A DNA stretch of 51,530 nucleotides from Escherichia coli (GTDB lineage Bacteria > Pseudomonadota > Gammaproteobacteria > Enterobacterales > Enterobacteriaceae). Below, piece after piece: positions 50,042-51,530 of the stretch. Below the pieces are notes generated by a model. The model ran no database searches, was not told the origin of the DNA, and saw only the letters and a program-made list of their open reading frames with translations. Both the position numbers and the translations under genes were made by a program. The first letter of the stretch is position 1, and every line of letters begins with the position of its first letter. Where the stretch lies: assembly GCF_003334815.1 (NCBI RefSeq), contig NZ_QOWO01000030.1. One strand, 5' to 3'.

Positions 50042-51289
50042 TTAGCCAAATTTAGGTAACACGTTAAAGACGTTGCCGAACCAGCACAAAATCACGGTTA
50101 TACCAAAGAGAATGACAATCGCCGGAATAAGATTGCCGCCCCAGACCGTGAACATCTGATTGGGAAACTTCTTGCGAGCTTTGATTGCAAGCACTGCGGG
50201 AATAATGACCGCCCAGATGGTGGCGCACAGCCCGGCACCGCCGATCCCGTAAATAAAGCCGTTCGGGAAGATCAGATACAACAACGCAGGTGGCAGGAAG
50301 GTTAACAGCACGGTTTTGAAACGCCCGCCGTGGGAGTTATCAATCTTAAACAGGTCCGCCAGATAATCGAACAACCCCAGCGTGACACCAAAGAACGAAC
50401 TGGCAACAGCTAAGTTAGAGAACACCAGCAGGCAAAACTCGATAATGCCGTGCTGTTTGGTGCCGAGGAACGATTTCACCAGCGAATCAACGTTGCCGCC
50501 TGAGGAGATAATCGCCTTAAAGCTTTCTCGCGGAATATTCCCCATGGTGCAATAGAGCCAGAAGAGATAAATCACCAGCGCCAGCAGCGAACCAAATACC
50601 ACGCTTTTGATTAACTTATCTTTGCGTTTTCCATAGCAAATAATCAGGCTGGGAATATTGCCGTGGAAACCAAATGACGCCAGACACACCGGCAAAGCCA
50701 TAAAGATATACGGGAAGTAAGACGTTCCCGCAGTGGAGCTGGTGGCGTCGCGCAGAATGGAGTAATCGACCTGGAAGAAAAAAGAACCAAACACGATCAC
50801 AAAGGAGATAATCTTCAGCCCGAGGAACAATGAGGTAATACGACTGGCGGCTAACGAACTTAACCACAATACGCTGGCAACGAAAATGGCTGTGCAGATC
50901 CCGACAATACGTGGATTAGCGTGATAACCCAAATTCATTGATATCGTTTCACTAATGATCGCACCATTAGCAGAGATATAGGCATAAGTGAGGATATAGA
51001 GAACGAAGGCAACGGTAATACCGCTGATAATGTTCCAGGTGTTACCGATTAAATCTTTGGTGATGGTGTTAAAACTGGAGCCGACGGGATAATTTAAATT
51101 TGCTTCTAATAACAATAACCCGGAATGAAGCATTGAAAACCAGGCAATGATAAGGATAAAGGCACCCCAGAAAAACCAGGCACCGGCAAGATCAACAGGT
51201 AAAGCAAACATACCTCCACCAATTACTGTACCTGCTATAACCATAACACCCCAAAATGCAGAGTGCTTTTTTTCAGCTTGATCAGTCAT
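50042..51289 (-). CDS. tnaB: low-affinity tryptophan permease TnaB (HAAAP family)
   Basis: 415-aa ORF starting MTDQAEKKHSAFWGVMVIAG; aromatic amino acid permease family; separated from mdtL by about 130 bp. Confidence 0.93.
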   Translation of the reverse strand: MTDQAEKKHSAFWGVMVIAGTVIGGGMFALPVDLAGAWFFWGAFILIIAWFSMLHSGLLLLEANLNYPVGSSFNTITKDLIGNTWNIISGITVAFVLYILTYAYISANGAIISETISMNLGYHANPRIVGICTAIFVASVLWLSSLAASRITSLFLGLKIISFVIVFGSFFFQVDYSILRDATSSTAGTSYFPYIFMALPVCLASFGFHGNIPSLIICYGKRKDKLIKSVVFGSLLALVIYLFWLYCTMGNIPRESFKAIISSGGNVDSLVKSFLGTKQHGIIEFCLLVFSNLAVASSFFGVTLGLFDYLADLFKIDNSHGGRFKTVLLTFLPPALLYLIFPNGFIYGIGGAGLCATIWAVIIPAVLAIKARKKFPNQMFTVWGGNLIPAIVILFGITVILCWFGNVFNVLPKFG

Positions 51290-51340
51290 GATGCCACCTT
51301 TAGAGGAAGGCTATTTTTGTTATTGAGGATGTAGGGTAAG

Positions 51341-51369
51341 AGAGTGGCTAACATCCTTATAGCCACTCT
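51341..51369 (-). other. stem-loop in the tnaB upstream region
   Basis: agagtggcta / tagccactct perfect 10-bp inverted repeat with a 9-nt loop, about 55-80 bp upstream of the tnaB ATG. Confidence 0.5.
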
Positions 51370-51530
51370 GTACTGAGAGATCCCCTCATAATTTCCCCAA
51401 AGCGTAACCATGTGTGAATAAATTTTGAGCTAGTAGGGTTGCAGCCACGAGTAAGTCTTCCCTTGTTATTGTGTAGCCAGAATGCCGCAAAACTTCCATG
51501 CCTAAGCGAACTGTTGAGAGTACGTTTCGA

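Overview
This window reads as an ordinary, well-characterised Escherichia coli core-chromosome segment around the replication origin, shown in reverse orientation to the usual K-12 map. I see no gene-sized unassigned ORF, mobile element, CRISPR array, tRNA or rRNA, so I cannot support a novel system here. Gene order on the window is: yieP-hsrA, the rbsDACBKR ribose operon (minus strand), kup, ravA-viaA, asnA, asnC, mioC, oriC, mnmG-rsmG, atpIBEFHAGDC, glmUS, pstSCAB-phoU, the cryptic bglGFB operon with bglH, yieL-yieK, cbrCB, yieH, adeP, chrR-yieE, yidZ, mdtL and tnaB. All 47 long ORFs match known E. coli proteins at expected lengths; assignments are by recognition of the translated sequences and synteny, not by database search. 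The one thing I cannot reconcile is the last ~150 bp upstream of tnaB, where I expected the tryptophanase (tnaA) 3' end and could not recognise it. Motif coordinates read from the raw sequence may be off by 1-2 bp; CDS coordinates are derived from the supplied ORF track.
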